DNA of 24,756 nucleotides from a virus (taxonomy: Duplodnaviria; Caudoviricetes): the IMG/VR virus record IMGVR_UViG_3300027921_000004, positions 1-24,756 of that record; one strand, given 5' to 3'. Under the pieces are notes generated by a model. The model saw only the letters and a list, made by a program, of their open reading frames with translations, did not search any database and was not told the origin of the DNA. The position numbers and the translations under genes are program-made. Within the stretch, counting starts at the first letter, position 1. Each line of letters starts with the position of its first letter. Positions 1 through 9,864 of the stretch are shown here, in pieces.

Positions 1-3000
1 CCGCCCCTGATCGTCCACCACATTGGAGTCGCCGAACCATCGCCAGAAGTTCGTCAGCGCCTCATCCGTCCCCGCAATCGGATTGCCGTTGCTGTTCAGC
101 CGTGGGCGCTCCTTGCCGTCTACGGTGATGGTGTCGCCATGGCGAGACAGCCGCACATCCGACTCCCGCATCGCGTCCAGCTTCTCGCCCTTCCGCGCAA
201 ACACGCCGGCCGCCTGCTTCGCCAGTGCTACGAAGTCGTCCTCATTCAGCTTGACCCCGCCGAAGTTGCGATACACCCAGGCGCGCACTGCCGCCTTGAA
301 GTCGCGCATCCAATCCTGAACCCGCTCAGATAACGTCTCTCCGCGAACTCTACGGTTTTCGGCTATCTCGACGAAGTAGGCGATGCGCTCATGGTCAACT
401 GATCCCGGCCTTGTGTCGCCTGGTACGCGTTTCTGCGCCGCGATGGCTACAGGTTCACCATCCCTGTGCATCTCATGGAATCGGTCTACGAGGTCGCGGT
501 AACGGTCGCCCAGCATCGCTTCCATGCCGGCGTGCTCACCGACCTCATGTAGGAATGTCCCGCCTACGCTGCGCGAAGTCAGGTTATCAGACACCAGCCA
601 CGCGACCTTCCCATCCCACACGCCGCCATACCCTGACGCCATGCGCGCCTCTGGAACGTCTACCTCGCTTTCGTTCTGGACGATGCGCAGGGTTCCGGCG
701 TCGAGCAGCTCGCCCACCTTGCGCCCGAAGCGTTTGCGCAGGATTGATTCTGCTTCGGATACTGGGAGTCCGCGCGCTTCGGCCTGGTCTGCCGGCCGGT
801 TTGATCCAGTCAGGAAAAACGGTTCCGCTTGAGCATCGGCGCGCGCCCGTTCTTGCTTCGCGCTTTCCTCTCGCTGCTTGGCCTCTTTCTCTGTCGTCAG
901 GACATCTTCGGCGCTTTGCCCGGAGAGGACGAAATCCTTCCCCTCCTGCGCGCTTCCTTGAGCAGCACCATCTGCGCTTGCTTCGGGTTGAGCTTCGGTA
1001 GTGTCTTGAGCAAAGCCGAAAAGCTGGTCGATCTCTTGGTCTGTGAGGTTGGCATTGGGTTTCCTTTCGCTGTTGAAAGCGGCATCCAGCAGACTATCAA
1101 GTTCGTCGTCTGTCACGCCCTGGATTGCTACGTCTGCCGCCTGTATGGCTTCGCGTTCGGCTTGCGCTTCTTCGCGCGTTGCCGCCTGTTCCGCCTGGAT
1201 TGGTTGCGCGATGTCGAGCAATGCAGATACTGCTCGCTTCTCTTTCGCCGTCATGGGCTGGCCCGCAATGGCCTTCTCGACTGCTTCCATCGTAGCAGCA
1301 CGGTTTAGGCGCGCATTGGCAGGTATTTCCGCGTACCACTCCGACTGTGGTATCCATTTCGTCCTTCCGGATACTTCCTCGAGGTTCGTTTCACTGTCGA
1401 ACGTCCGTATCAGTAATCCGCCCTGTTCTGCCCATCCCGCACCGTCTGCAAGAGCACGAAGCATTCCATCACTGCCTGTCATGCGTTCGTCTACAAATGG
1501 CTTCAGGCGGCTGCGCTTCTCCGCAACTTTCGCGCTTTCCGGCGTGCCTGTTTCTTGAGGAGTCGGCGTAGGTTCGGGAGCAATGGGTTCTCCTTTGCTA
1601 TCAATCTGATTCGTTTCGATAGGTTTTGATACTTCGCCTGGCTGCACCGATGCCACCAGTCCATCCAGTTCGGCAGACTGAGCTTGCGTCAATCCGCCCT
1701 GCGCCTCGATCAACTCCAGTTCCGCGATGCGCTCGAACGGGTCGGTAATTGGCGCGGTCGTGATTTCCGGCGCTGCCGTCTCTCCCTGGACTGATACGCC
1801 GTTTTCGTCCATCCGTAGACCCGACCTGTCGGCTTCCGACATGGCGATGTCCGGCATCTGCGAAGGGCCGGCGTAGGCGTCCGGGAACGTGCCAGCGATG
1901 GGCGCGGCCTGTCCGGTGTAGGGTTGCCCTGGCTGGGCGCGTTGCGTGCCGCTGACGGCCTCTGTGGCCTGCCTGGCATACTCTGCTTCCTGCGCGGTCG
2001 GCATCTGGCCCGGTGCTGTCCTGCCGGCAGTGCGTGCAGTGTCCACCCAGGCCGGTGCGATAGGCGTGCGAGCGGCTATCTCTTGCTGCAATGAATCCAG
2101 GAACACGTTTCTTTTTGGCTGCTTCACATACTGCGTGGCTCCCATGATCGCGCCTGCCGCGCCCATGCCGCCAGCCGTAGCCTTGAGCGTCTGATACGCA
2201 GCCGCCCCGCGTTCGTTCCAGTAATCCTCCCAGGATTTCTCCGGGTGCAATACGGATTGTTCCAGCGCGTCCTGTGTGATCGTGGCAATCTGCTCGCCGG
2301 CAAGTTCAGGCATGAAAGCCCTTACCATCCGATCAACGACGTGACCGCCAGATTTCCCAAACAGGATTTTGAGTGGCAAGTATTCCGTTCCTGCCTCGAT
2401 CAAACCCTGTCCCAAGGCATAGGCTGCCGCCTTCTCTTTGGCGAAGTCAGTCGTGAAGTACCCTGGTGCCGGATTGTATTTTTCGATTGCCTGACCATAC
2501 GCAGGACCGGCCGCAAGCGCGCCGCCAATAGCGATACCAACCGCCGGATTAATCATCGCTGCGGGAGTGATGGCAGCCATAGAGCCGGCCCCCTGCTCGA
2601 AGTCGGCCATGCCTTTCGGTGCGGCCAGAGTCAACCCCTGCACCCTGCGTTCCGATGCCTTGCGCGCTTCATGGTCGCCTGTGAATCCTGCGCCTGCCTG
2701 GATAACCTGTTCAGCACCATGCACAAGCGCGCGTGGCACTCCAAGCGCCGCATTGATTGCCGGATTCTCTGATCGGTACAGCGTATCCGGTGATGCACGA
2801 ATCTCAGCCTCTTGCGGCCTCATCGCGCCCACGTCCGTCGGCTTCGTCAGCGGAGACTCGCGCCGCTGTGTCAGGCCAGCTACCGGGCTATCTAGCGGTG
2901 CGCCTGCATCCAGGACCGGGCCGGTCGGCTGACCTTCCTCGAACAGATCGTCATACGATCCGGCAGACTTCTGATTCAGATCGTCGTATGCGCCGGCCTT

Positions 3001-3036
3001 CTTTTGTGGCTCGAACAGATCGTCATAAGCGCCCAT
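1..3036 (-). CDS. Large virion ejection / polyvalent protein (partial, >1,012 aa) with a zincin-like metallopeptidase motif and the probable start of an ADP-ribosyltransferase-like domain
   Basis: Missing from the ORF track because it runs off the edge. ATG at 3036 gives MGAYDDLFEPQKKAGAYDDL...; I read nearly all of the frame and found no stop. FLHEVGEHAGM has its His/Glu core at 532-549. It ends ...NFWRWFGDSNVVDDQGR. Position after two ejection-type genes resembles P22 gp16. Confidence 0.8.
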   Translation of the reverse strand, partial: MGAYDDLFEPQKKAGAYDDLNQKSAGSYDDLFEEGQPTGPVLDAGAPLDSPVAGLTQRRESPLTKPTDVGAMRPQEAEIRASPDTLYRSENPAINAALGVPRALVHGAEQVIQAGAGFTGDHEARKASERRVQGLTLAAPKGMADFEQGAGSMAAITPAAMINPAVGIAIGGALAAGPAYGQAIEKYNPAPGYFTTDFAKEKAAAYALGQGLIEAGTEYLPLKILFGKSGGHVVDRMVRAFMPELAGEQIATITQDALEQSVLHPEKSWEDYWNERGAAAYQTLKATAGGMGAAGAIMGATQYVKQPKRNVFLDSLQQEIAARTPIAPAWVDTARTAGRTAPGQMPTAQEAEYARQATEAVSGTQRAQPGQPYTGQAAPIAGTFPDAYAGPSQMPDIAMSEADRSGLRMDENGVSVQGETAAPEITTAPITDPFERIAELELIEAQGGLTQAQSAELDGLVASVQPGEVSKPIETNQIDSKGEPIAPEPTPTPQETGTPESAKVAEKRSRLKPFVDERMTGSDGMLRALADGAGWAEQGGLLIRTFDSETNLEEVSGRTKWIPQSEWYAEIPANARLNRAATMEAVEKAIAGQPMTAKEKRAVSALLDIAQPIQAEQAATREEAQAEREAIQAADVAIQGVTDDELDSLLDAAFNSERKPNANLTDQEIDQLFGFAQDTTEAQPEASADGAAQGSAQEGKDFVLSGQSAEDVLTTEKEAKQREESAKQERARADAQAEPFFLTGSNRPADQAEARGLPVSEAESILRKRFGRKVGELLDAGTLRIVQNESEVDVPEARMASGYGGVWDGKVAWLVSDNLTSRSVGGTFLHEVGEHAGMEAMLGDRYRDLVDRFHEMHRDGEPVAIAAQKRVPGDTRPGSVDHERIAYFVEIAENRRVRGETLSERVQDWMRDFKAAVRAWVYRNFGGVKLNEDDFVALAKQAAGVFARKGEKLDAMRESDVRLSRHGDTITVDGKERPRLNSNGNPIAGTDEALTNFWRWFGDSNVVDDQGR

Positions 3037-3037
3037 T

Positions 3038-4075
3038 TCATTTCACCACACCGAGCTTTCTTGCTCTTTCCGTGATCTTCCGTTGCAAGTCAGGCTTGCC
3101 TTCCGCGCGCTTGAAGGCGTCCATGTATTCCTGATACTTGGCACCCTTTCCAGACGATGCCCCGCCGCTCTCGGAACTGAGCTTCATCTTGGCGAGCAAC
3201 TGCGCCTTGGTGACTTCCGGGTTGAGGCCGATGATCTTTTCCAGTTGGGCCGCACTCATGCCGGCATACTGAGATTTGAAGTTCTCCACGAGGTCGCGCG
3301 CCGCCTCGATTTCCTGGTCGCGCTGAGACAGCTTGTCTTTCCAGTTGCGTTCATCCTTGCCAAGTTGGGCTTGCTGATACGCAGTGAGTCCGCCATCCTC
3401 GCCGCCTAGCTTCTTCTCGCCTACCCACTTGTCCGGCTCGATCAGGTTGCCGGATTCGTCCACCTTTGCAGCCGCTGATCGCCCGTATGCGTCACGGATG
3501 ATATTTGGCTTCTCTGGCTTCGGCGTGCCCGTGCTTTCCCCAAACTTGCCGGTGCGCTTGTTGTACAGGGTCGTCACGCCGTTGCTTTCAGTCACCCCGA
3601 ATTCTGGCGCGGTCTTCTCGGCATCAAGCACTGTGGCGATGAACATCTTGGATTGCTGTTCATCAAAATCCTGCGGCACTTTGCTCAAAATGTCCTTGCC
3701 GTTCGGCATGGTTTTCTCGACCACACCAAGCAAGTTCTTGTAGGCAATCTGACGTTCTGCTGGGTCTTGAACCGACATGACTTGAGACTGTAGCGCGCTG
3801 GCGATCTTCTTCAATCCGCTCAGGCCATCCGCAGTGCGTTCGTTCAGCCGCTTCGCCACATAGTCGTACTTGCCGGCCTGCCATGCCGCGTCCAAATCCT
3901 CCGGGCCAGCCGCGCGCATCGAAGCATCGTCCTGCTGCGCCTGCGCGCCGGCCTGCAATTTCTGCTGATTGAGCGCGTTCACCTGCTGATTGTTGGCAGA
4001 TGCCTCGCGCTGCTGCTGCGCCGCGCGCTGGTCGGCAAAGTAATTCTGCATTGTGTAGGCGGGTGCGTTTTGCAT
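3038..4075 (-). CDS. Putative DNA ejection / internal virion protein (P22 gp20-like position)
   Basis: 345 aa, Q/A-rich helical N-terminus; lies between the Gly-rich ejection protein and the giant protein. Confidence 0.55.
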   Translation of the reverse strand: MQNAPAYTMQNYFADQRAAQQQREASANNQQVNALNQQKLQAGAQAQQDDASMRAAGPEDLDAAWQAGKYDYVAKRLNERTADGLSGLKKIASALQSQVMSVQDPAERQIAYKNLLGVVEKTMPNGKDILSKVPQDFDEQQSKMFIATVLDAEKTAPEFGVTESNGVTTLYNKRTGKFGESTGTPKPEKPNIIRDAYGRSAAAKVDESGNLIEPDKWVGEKKLGGEDGGLTAYQQAQLGKDERNWKDKLSQRDQEIEAARDLVENFKSQYAGMSAAQLEKIIGLNPEVTKAQLLAKMKLSSESGGASSGKGAKYQEYMDAFKRAEGKPDLQRKITERARKLGVVK

Positions 4076-4084
4076 GGTGCGCTC

Positions 4085-5206
4085 CTAGAGACTTGCCATA
4101 GTCATGCTGGGCGCATTGACCATGCCTGAAAGGTAGTTGTTCGTCCTGGTGTTGCCGTAGGCGTTCGCCGCCGCCGTGCTGTTGCCGACACCCGCGCCGC
4201 CTCCGAGTTGCTGCAAGCGGTTCTGATAGAACTTGCTGGCAAGCGCCATGCGCTGTTCGCTGAGTTTCGCCGTCAGCGCCCCACTGTCCGTCATCCCCAT
4301 CGCCGCAGCCTGGCGCATCAATGCCTCGTCACCCTGCTTCGCCGCCGCCATATAACTCGGGTCGCTATAGATGCTGTCCGGGTTCTGCAAGAGCGCGTTG
4401 TACGCCGCCGCATCGCCGGCCCGATACTGCTGGTACGGGTCTGCCATCGCCGCCATCTTGGTCGCCTGCTTCTGGTTCTCGGCGTTCATGTACATGTTGC
4501 TGCCGGCGTTCACGAGGGTAGGAAGCAGGTTGCTCTTGCCATCCTTGCCGCCGCCAAGAAGCTGTTGCAGTAAGTTCGGGCTGGAACCGCTGGCTGCAGG
4601 CCCAACTTTCCCGAGCGTCATGCCGCCGTTGTCGTTGCCAAGCGTGGGCGTATTCCCGCCGCCAGTGATCGAATAGTCTTGTGCGCCCCATGATTCGGTA
4701 GCCGCGCCACCTTCGGCCGGAGTGCCCCAGGTCTGCGTGTTGTTGTCGAAGGTGCCGAGCGATGGCGTATTGGCACCCCATCCACTGACCTCTCCACCTC
4801 CAGCAGCGCCAGGCGTAGACCCGCCGCCCCACGAACTCATGACGTTCTTCGCGCCTGACATGACGCTGGGCATGGCCCCGCCAACAAGCGCGCCTTGCAG
4901 GATGTTCCCGCCGCTGAGCGCCGAAGTAGCCGCCCCGGTAAGCCCGCTCAGGACATTGCCGGTGTACTGTGAGCCAATACCAATCGCATCCAGCCCTGAT
5001 CCGATGCTGTCCCCGAATGCACCCCCGAGCGCGCTACCCAGTCCGGCCGATACCCCGGAGGTGAGCGCCCCTTTCCAGAAGTTGCCGCCGCTGGCTGCTG
5101 CACCCAGCCCGCCGCCGATGGCCGAGCCGATCATTGTTCCGACCATTCCGCCAATGGCCGATCCGCCAATGGATCCACCGATATACGCTAATGCGACTTG
5201 TGGCAT
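4085..5206 (-). CDS. Putative DNA ejection / pilot protein (P22 gp7-like)
   Basis: 373 aa with Gly/Ala-rich hydrophobic N-terminus. C-terminal DPSY...QGDEALMRQAAAMGMTDSGA motif resembles gp7-like transfer proteins; synteny agrees. Confidence 0.65.
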   Translation of the reverse strand: MPQVALAYIGGSIGGSAIGGMVGTMIGSAIGGGLGAAASGGNFWKGALTSGVSAGLGSALGGAFGDSIGSGLDAIGIGSQYTGNVLSGLTGAATSALSGGNILQGALVGGAMPSVMSGAKNVMSSWGGGSTPGAAGGGEVSGWGANTPSLGTFDNNTQTWGTPAEGGAATESWGAQDYSITGGGNTPTLGNDNGGMTLGKVGPAASGSSPNLLQQLLGGGKDGKSNLLPTLVNAGSNMYMNAENQKQATKMAAMADPYQQYRAGDAAAYNALLQNPDSIYSDPSYMAAAKQGDEALMRQAAAMGMTDSGALTAKLSEQRMALASKFYQNRLQQLGGGAGVGNSTAAANAYGNTRTNNYLSGMVNAPSMTMASL

Positions 5207-5664
5207 GGTGTGCCCCTTAAAATGATTCCGACTTCGATCTCATCCAGCATTGTGCCGTCCGCGTTGCGGTAACTCTCGAACCGGTAGCCCTCGACCGTCC
5301 AGCCAGTGCGTAATGCCAATGTCCGCATCATAGGCCAAGGTGAGCGCGCTTCGAGCTTGTGGTAGTAGGTATTCTCCGCTGCCCAGGCGATAGCCGCCCG
5401 TCCTGCCCGTATCGCGTCGTGAATTCCGGCGTCGTCTCCGATGAACACATCGACCGATCCCACCCAAGCCGACTTGCGCCGCAGCATGAACACCACCGGG
5501 CCATCGTGGAACAGGCAGACGTGCCCTGCTTCCACTAGCTTCGGGATGGCTTCCATGAAAGACACATCCACCCCGTCGCCGTCCTGAGATAGCCCAGGCG
5601 TGAAGCCCTGGCGCAGCACTTGCAGGCAGTCGGGTGACGGGGAGGTTTTGTAGTACGCGGTCAT
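5188..5664 (-). CDS. GNAT-fold acetyltransferase-like protein (P22 gp14-like position)
   Basis: 158 aa; C-terminal YHKLEA...LALRTGWTVEGYRFESY..DG..LDEIEVGI resembles RimJ/RimL-type GNAT; sits just before the ejection genes. Confidence 0.55.
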   Translation of the reverse strand: MTAYYKTSPSPDCLQVLRQGFTPGLSQDGDGVDVSFMEAIPKLVEAGHVCLFHDGPVVFMLRRKSAWVGSVDVFIGDDAGIHDAIRAGRAAIAWAAENTYYHKLEARSPWPMMRTLALRTGWTVEGYRFESYRNADGTMLDEIEVGIILRGTPCHKSH

Positions 5665-5721
5665 GCTGTTTCACCACTTCGGGCCGCAGCATCTAACTGC
5701 GGCCCACATTATGCGAGGCTT

Positions 5722-6165
5722 TCATAGAGGGGTGTCGAGTGCAGCCTTCGCCGCCCAGCTCGCCGCGTAGGCTGCTTGCACTTGAGCAGCAATCGCCCCT
5801 GCAATTGCCAGGAGGTCGGCAAGGCCCGTCACAGGCAGATCGCTGTTGTCGGCGTCTCGCCATACAGTGGGCAGGGGTAATCCAGCCTGCGCGAGGGTGA
5901 TGGCGGCATTTAGGAGTTGCTGGCTGCGGGCATCGGCTTGCCAGGCTCGGCCAAGCGCGGTGACGCTGGTGATACAAGTAGCATCACGCTCGCGTTCGAT
6001 AGTGGTGAGCTTCTCTTCTCTCGTGGGCGGGTCAACAGGTTCTGGTGTATTACCCTCTGCGATCCAAGAGAGGTATCTGGCGTAATCAAAGTTATCACCC
6101 GCCGCAGGAATACATGCACCGTCTGAAAGTCTGATTACCGAGGGGGTGTTAGTTAATTTGTACAT
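5722..6165 (-). CDS. Tail fibre assembly-associated protein (DUF4376-like C-terminus)
   Basis: N-terminal IRLSDGACIP...NFDY..YLSW...GNTPEP and C-terminal WQAD..SQ...WRDADN motifs; directly follows the tail fibre gene. Confidence 0.65.
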   Translation of the reverse strand: MYKLTNTPSVIRLSDGACIPAAGDNFDYARYLSWIAEGNTPEPVDPPTREEKLTTIERERDATCITSVTALGRAWQADARSQQLLNAAITLAQAGLPLPTVWRDADNSDLPVTGLADLLAIAGAIAAQVQAAYAASWAAKAALDTPL

Positions 6166-6168
6166 TGT

Positions 6169-7404
6169 TTATAGCTCCGCGTTTAACAAAAATGAACCAC
6201 TAGAAACAGCGCCGATATAAACTGCATTAGCAGTTAGTGCACTAGCAAAGCCATTCGTACTGAATTGTGCCCAGGCAGCATCTCCATAATAGTTTGTTGT
6301 TGATGCGCCAGAATAGCTTGCAGTGCCGTTTGCACAAACGATAGCGGCGCTGCATGTAACAGTTGGAGTAGTCCTCATGACTACAGGAAGTTGCATTTCT
6401 GTGGCAAAGGTGTATGCACTAGAAGCCAGGCCGGCAACAGGCCTCACCGTTTGGTAATATCGCTGGCACAACAACAACTCATACCCATAAGGCCGTTGCT
6501 CGAAGTTAGTTGTTATGGCTCCTGGCTCGTACTGCACAGCAGACAAGCTACCAACGCCAAACTCCACGGTCTGATTTGTGCCACCGACAGCCATGCCAGC
6601 CACGCCACTCGCACCGTAGGCTCCTGAGTCAACCCGGCCCTGTGCAGTGCCCGCCCACGAAAGCTTATGGGCGCCAGACAGTAGGTTCGCCCCTTCGATC
6701 ACTTGCTGTAGCGTCCCAGCCGAGATGGTTAGCGTAGTTACGTTTTCCACCATGGCAAAGGTGTAAGTGCAGCCTCCCGCGCCCGCCTTCCACCGGTCAT
6801 GCCCATATGCTCCAGCAGCGAGGATAACGCTGCCGGAAACTCCCCGTTGGTTGATCCCGAAGTTTCCATTGATGACGCGGTTTCGCATTCCGGCCACTGT
6901 CCCTGTCCCTGTCCCTGTCCCTCCTTGAGCAACAGAAAGTGGCGTGGTCAGCCCGGTCAGGCTGGTAATGTCACTGTTGGCACCCGAAGCGGCAACGCCG
7001 AGATTCGATCTTGCCCCAGATGCCGTCGCTGATCCTGTTCCACCGTTTGCAATCGCCAGTGGGGACCAGTCAGGAGGGATAGCAGCAGGAGGTGCGGCAG
7101 GCTCCTGATAGCCGGCGATGGCTGTCAGTTCAGAATTTCCTGATAGATAGATTTTGGTATCGACGTAGATATTGCCTGAGTCGTATATCTGTATTCTGTA
7201 GTGAGTTGAATTAAGTCCGTCCGCATTGTTGTGCAGCGTGATCGCAATATCTCCGCTTGCGTTTGATAATGCAGTTTCAGGCCCGGATATAACGTAGTCG
7301 CTTCCGCTAATATCGGTCGCTGATAGGTAGGCATACAGAATAGCGCCTTCTACTGGAACGCCACCAGCATCAAGTATGGTTGTTGATAGAACTGAGGTCG
7401 CCAT
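6169..7404 (-). CDS. Tail fibre / receptor-binding protein
   Basis: 411 aa; IANGGTG..TASGARSNLG and SVAQGGTG repeats, then an RNRVINGNFGINQRG...DRW...ELLLCQRYY domain typical of phage tail fibres. Confidence 0.8.
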   Translation of the reverse strand: MATSVLSTTILDAGGVPVEGAILYAYLSATDISGSDYVISGPETALSNASGDIAITLHNNADGLNSTHYRIQIYDSGNIYVDTKIYLSGNSELTAIAGYQEPAAPPAAIPPDWSPLAIANGGTGSATASGARSNLGVAASGANSDITSLTGLTTPLSVAQGGTGTGTGTVAGMRNRVINGNFGINQRGVSGSVILAAGAYGHDRWKAGAGGCTYTFAMVENVTTLTISAGTLQQVIEGANLLSGAHKLSWAGTAQGRVDSGAYGASGVAGMAVGGTNQTVEFGVGSLSAVQYEPGAITTNFEQRPYGYELLLCQRYYQTVRPVAGLASSAYTFATEMQLPVVMRTTPTVTCSAAIVCANGTASYSGASTTNYYGDAAWAQFSTNGFASALTANAVYIGAVSSGSFLLNAEL

Positions 7405-7805
7405 TACGCGCTTCCTTTTGCAAGTCCTGCGGTTATCAAAACAGTGCGAAGCGAATGGATCAACGTCGATAGCGCGCGCACATCATCGCCTAGTTCTTCG
7501 CATTTATCGCGTAACGCCTGAACTTCGGCCTGTGCGTATGCCGCGCTTATCGTCAGTCCGCCTATCTCATTATTCGTATTGCCAATGGTTACGGCTGCTT
7601 GATCCGCGCTTGCTTGCTGATTGAGCTGCGCCTTGAGTGCCGTTGTAAACGATTCGGTCGTGTTGTTCAGCACGGACATATTGGCGTGGTCGTGCGCTAC
7701 CCCGTCCGTATCCTCGATGATGTTGGCAATGGTGGTGTACCAGTCGAGCCAGGCAGGAGAATCAGGCTTTGCCCATTGCGGCGGGGGCGGTATTCTCGCG
7801 GACAT
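7404..7805 (-). CDS. Hypothetical tail-associated protein
   Basis: 133 aa; overlaps both neighbours by 1 nt; PPPP...WLDWY N-terminus and coiled-coil C-terminus; follows the gp10-like gene. Confidence 0.6.
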   Translation of the reverse strand: MSARIPPPPQWAKPDSPAWLDWYTTIANIIEDTDGVAHDHANMSVLNNTTESFTTALKAQLNQQASADQAAVTIGNTNNEIGGLTISAAYAQAEVQALRDKCEELGDDVRALSTLIHSLRTVLITAGLAKGSA

Positions 7806-9148
7806 TATCCTTGCCTCTGCATCGCCGCACCAACCACATCCATTTCCAATTCGATCAGTCGCAATGCCTCGTTATGCGTGTGCGAGAACTCGAATGCGAT
7901 GCGGCGGAAGTCTCCGAAGTTGCGGAAGCTGACGCGCGTTGCAAGCGATGCTGTGCGCGGCGTGCTCCAGGTCGCAAAGTCGTCCTTGCTGTAGCGCACC
8001 GATATGTCCCCTGCCGCACGGTCGGCCAGCACTTCCAGTTGTGGGAGGCGTTTGCGCTTTCCGGTGCCGAAGTCCACCCATGCACTGCGCGCCGTTACCG
8101 TGAAGTTCGCGCCAGCGTCCTGGTTCGTGCTGAGTTTGTAGGTCGTCCCGTCCGCCCGCTGGAAGTAGACGCTCATTCCATCCTGCACGGCGTTGACGTA
8201 GGGCCAGTAATTCCCGCTCGCGTCCTGTACCTGCCACCATCGCTTGAGCGCGATGTCGTAGGCCAGCGTGACATTGCTGGTCGGCAGGGTGAGCATGTAG
8301 AAGGCGTGCCCTGCTATCTCGAATGCCTGCGCGAAGGCGTCTGTGAGTGTGGCCCCGGAGATGATGCGCTCGATGGCTGCCGGGGATACTCGCTCAGGGG
8401 CCATGTTGTTGAGCAGGTAGACCGCGCCACCATCCGAGACGAACAACACCATGCCTTTCACGCTGGCTAGAGTTCGCGCCTGAGTGCATCCAACCTGGAC
8501 GATTGCACCGGAGACTTTCGAGAGCACCGATCCGGTCGCATTCGCCCCGTCGTAGAAGAACTCAATGGTCTTTTCGCCCATGACGCCGATGTAGTTCAGG
8601 ATGCGGAAGATCGCTACCGCGCCGTCCGAAAAGCTCTCCGCGTTGATGACGTTGAGCGCGTTCCAGGCTGTGAAGTCTCGAACGTCTGAGTGCGCAACCT
8701 GCCCTACCGAGTTGACGGTGAACAGGTAGCCATCAAGATGTACCAATCCAGCGACGTGCGCCTGGTAGTCGCCATCCGTTACCGTAGTGAGCGCCCATGC
8801 CGTACTGAGCCGGTATCCCGTCGTCCCGTTGCTGATTGCCAGATAGCGCGTGGAAGTCCCGTATTCCGCCGCCCAGCATGGCCCGGTTCCGGCAATGGCG
8901 TTGGTGCCTACCTCAGTGGTGCCGTAGAACAGTTTGGCCCCGTAGATGCTGACCAGCTGCCCGTTGAACCACCACATCCCGCGCGGGGTACTGGCAGCGG
9001 CAGGGACTTGATGCGAGGCTACGCCAGGGCGCTTGACCAGCGCCGTCCTGCCGTCTGCCAACTGTTCCGCGTAGGCATTGATGGTTATGTCGTCTTTCAG
9101 CAGCGAGGTTCCGCGCTGGCCGGGTGACTGGATGAAGGGTAGCTTCAT
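7805..9148 (-). CDS. Packaged-DNA stabilisation / tail hub protein (P22 gp10-like)
   Basis: Likely start MKLPF at 9148, since the longer ORF overlaps the upstream gene. LVKRPG, LDGYLF, AESFSDGAVA, GEKTIEFFY, GHAFYMLT.P...TLAYD...WW and SKDD..TWS motifs match gp10-like beta-propellers. Confidence 0.85.
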   Translation of the reverse strand: MKLPFIQSPGQRGTSLLKDDITINAYAEQLADGRTALVKRPGVASHQVPAAASTPRGMWWFNGQLVSIYGAKLFYGTTEVGTNAIAGTGPCWAAEYGTSTRYLAISNGTTGYRLSTAWALTTVTDGDYQAHVAGLVHLDGYLFTVNSVGQVAHSDVRDFTAWNALNVINAESFSDGAVAIFRILNYIGVMGEKTIEFFYDGANATGSVLSKVSGAIVQVGCTQARTLASVKGMVLFVSDGGAVYLLNNMAPERVSPAAIERIISGATLTDAFAQAFEIAGHAFYMLTLPTSNVTLAYDIALKRWWQVQDASGNYWPYVNAVQDGMSVYFQRADGTTYKLSTNQDAGANFTVTARSAWVDFGTGKRKRLPQLEVLADRAAGDISVRYSKDDFATWSTPRTASLATRVSFRNFGDFRRIAFEFSHTHNEALRLIELEMDVVGAAMQRQG

Positions 9149-9161
9149 GGCTTCATTGCTT

Positions 9162-9851
9162 TCATGGCATGAACCTGTCGGTGCGCCCGTCGTACTGGCC
9201 GCGATGCAGTAGCATCTGATTGACGAGTGGATACACGCGGGCATTGAACGTCGCCAGATCGGCCTTGAACTTCGCCACGACCTCCTTGGATACGCTGGGA
9301 GCCTCCACCGAATACTCGGGTGCCAACTCGATAGCCAGCGCGTGCCTGATGCCTCTGGTGTAGCCAGGCGGCAGACCGTGCGCGGTGGTAAGTCCGGAAT
9401 ACTGGCCCCACGGCTTGATGGACGTGGCCTTAATCGCGCCCACTCCACCGACTGCGTACAGCGTGCCGGTAGGCATCGTGGCATCGTAGGCCACGGCCCA
9501 GATTGTGCCAGTCACCGACTTGTCCACCAGCGCCAGGTACTCGATCATCGACAGGACTTGCAGCGGGTATTCGTAGCCGTCCACCACCCGGCGCGCCGTC
9601 GTGATGCTGATCGGCCTGGTAGTGGCGATGGTGCCGGCCGCGCCCCAGGTTGTTGCGGCTGCGGTGAGCGTGACAGCTTCGTTGGTCTCGACGTAGTTCA
9701 CCAAGCCATCCAGGGCCAGCGAGTCGATAAAGGCATTCAGGGCGTCTAGCCCCTGGTTGCGCTGCGCGGTAGTCGCCCCGCCCTCCTGGTCAATGACACC
9801 CAGCAGGCGCAGGGATGAATCAATGATGTCTTGCGCGGTGCTGAGTGCCAT
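9162..9851 (-). CDS. Head-tail adaptor / head completion protein (P22 gp4-like)
   Basis: TAQDIIDSSLRLLGVI...GLDALN N-terminus and LPPGY...ALAIELAPEY C-terminus; lies before the gp10-like gene. Confidence 0.75.
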   Translation of the reverse strand: MALSTAQDIIDSSLRLLGVIDQEGGATTAQRNQGLDALNAFIDSLALDGLVNYVETNEAVTLTAAATTWGAAGTIATTRPISITTARRVVDGYEYPLQVLSMIEYLALVDKSVTGTIWAVAYDATMPTGTLYAVGGVGAIKATSIKPWGQYSGLTTAHGLPPGYTRGIRHALAIELAPEYSVEAPSVSKEVVAKFKADLATFNARVYPLVNQMLLHRGQYDGRTDRFMP

Positions 9852-9864
9852 GAATCAACTCCTG

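Noticed and set aside
6169-6500. Diversity-generating retroelement target in the tail fibre tip
   Set aside because: No reverse transcriptase and no template repeat were seen in the window.
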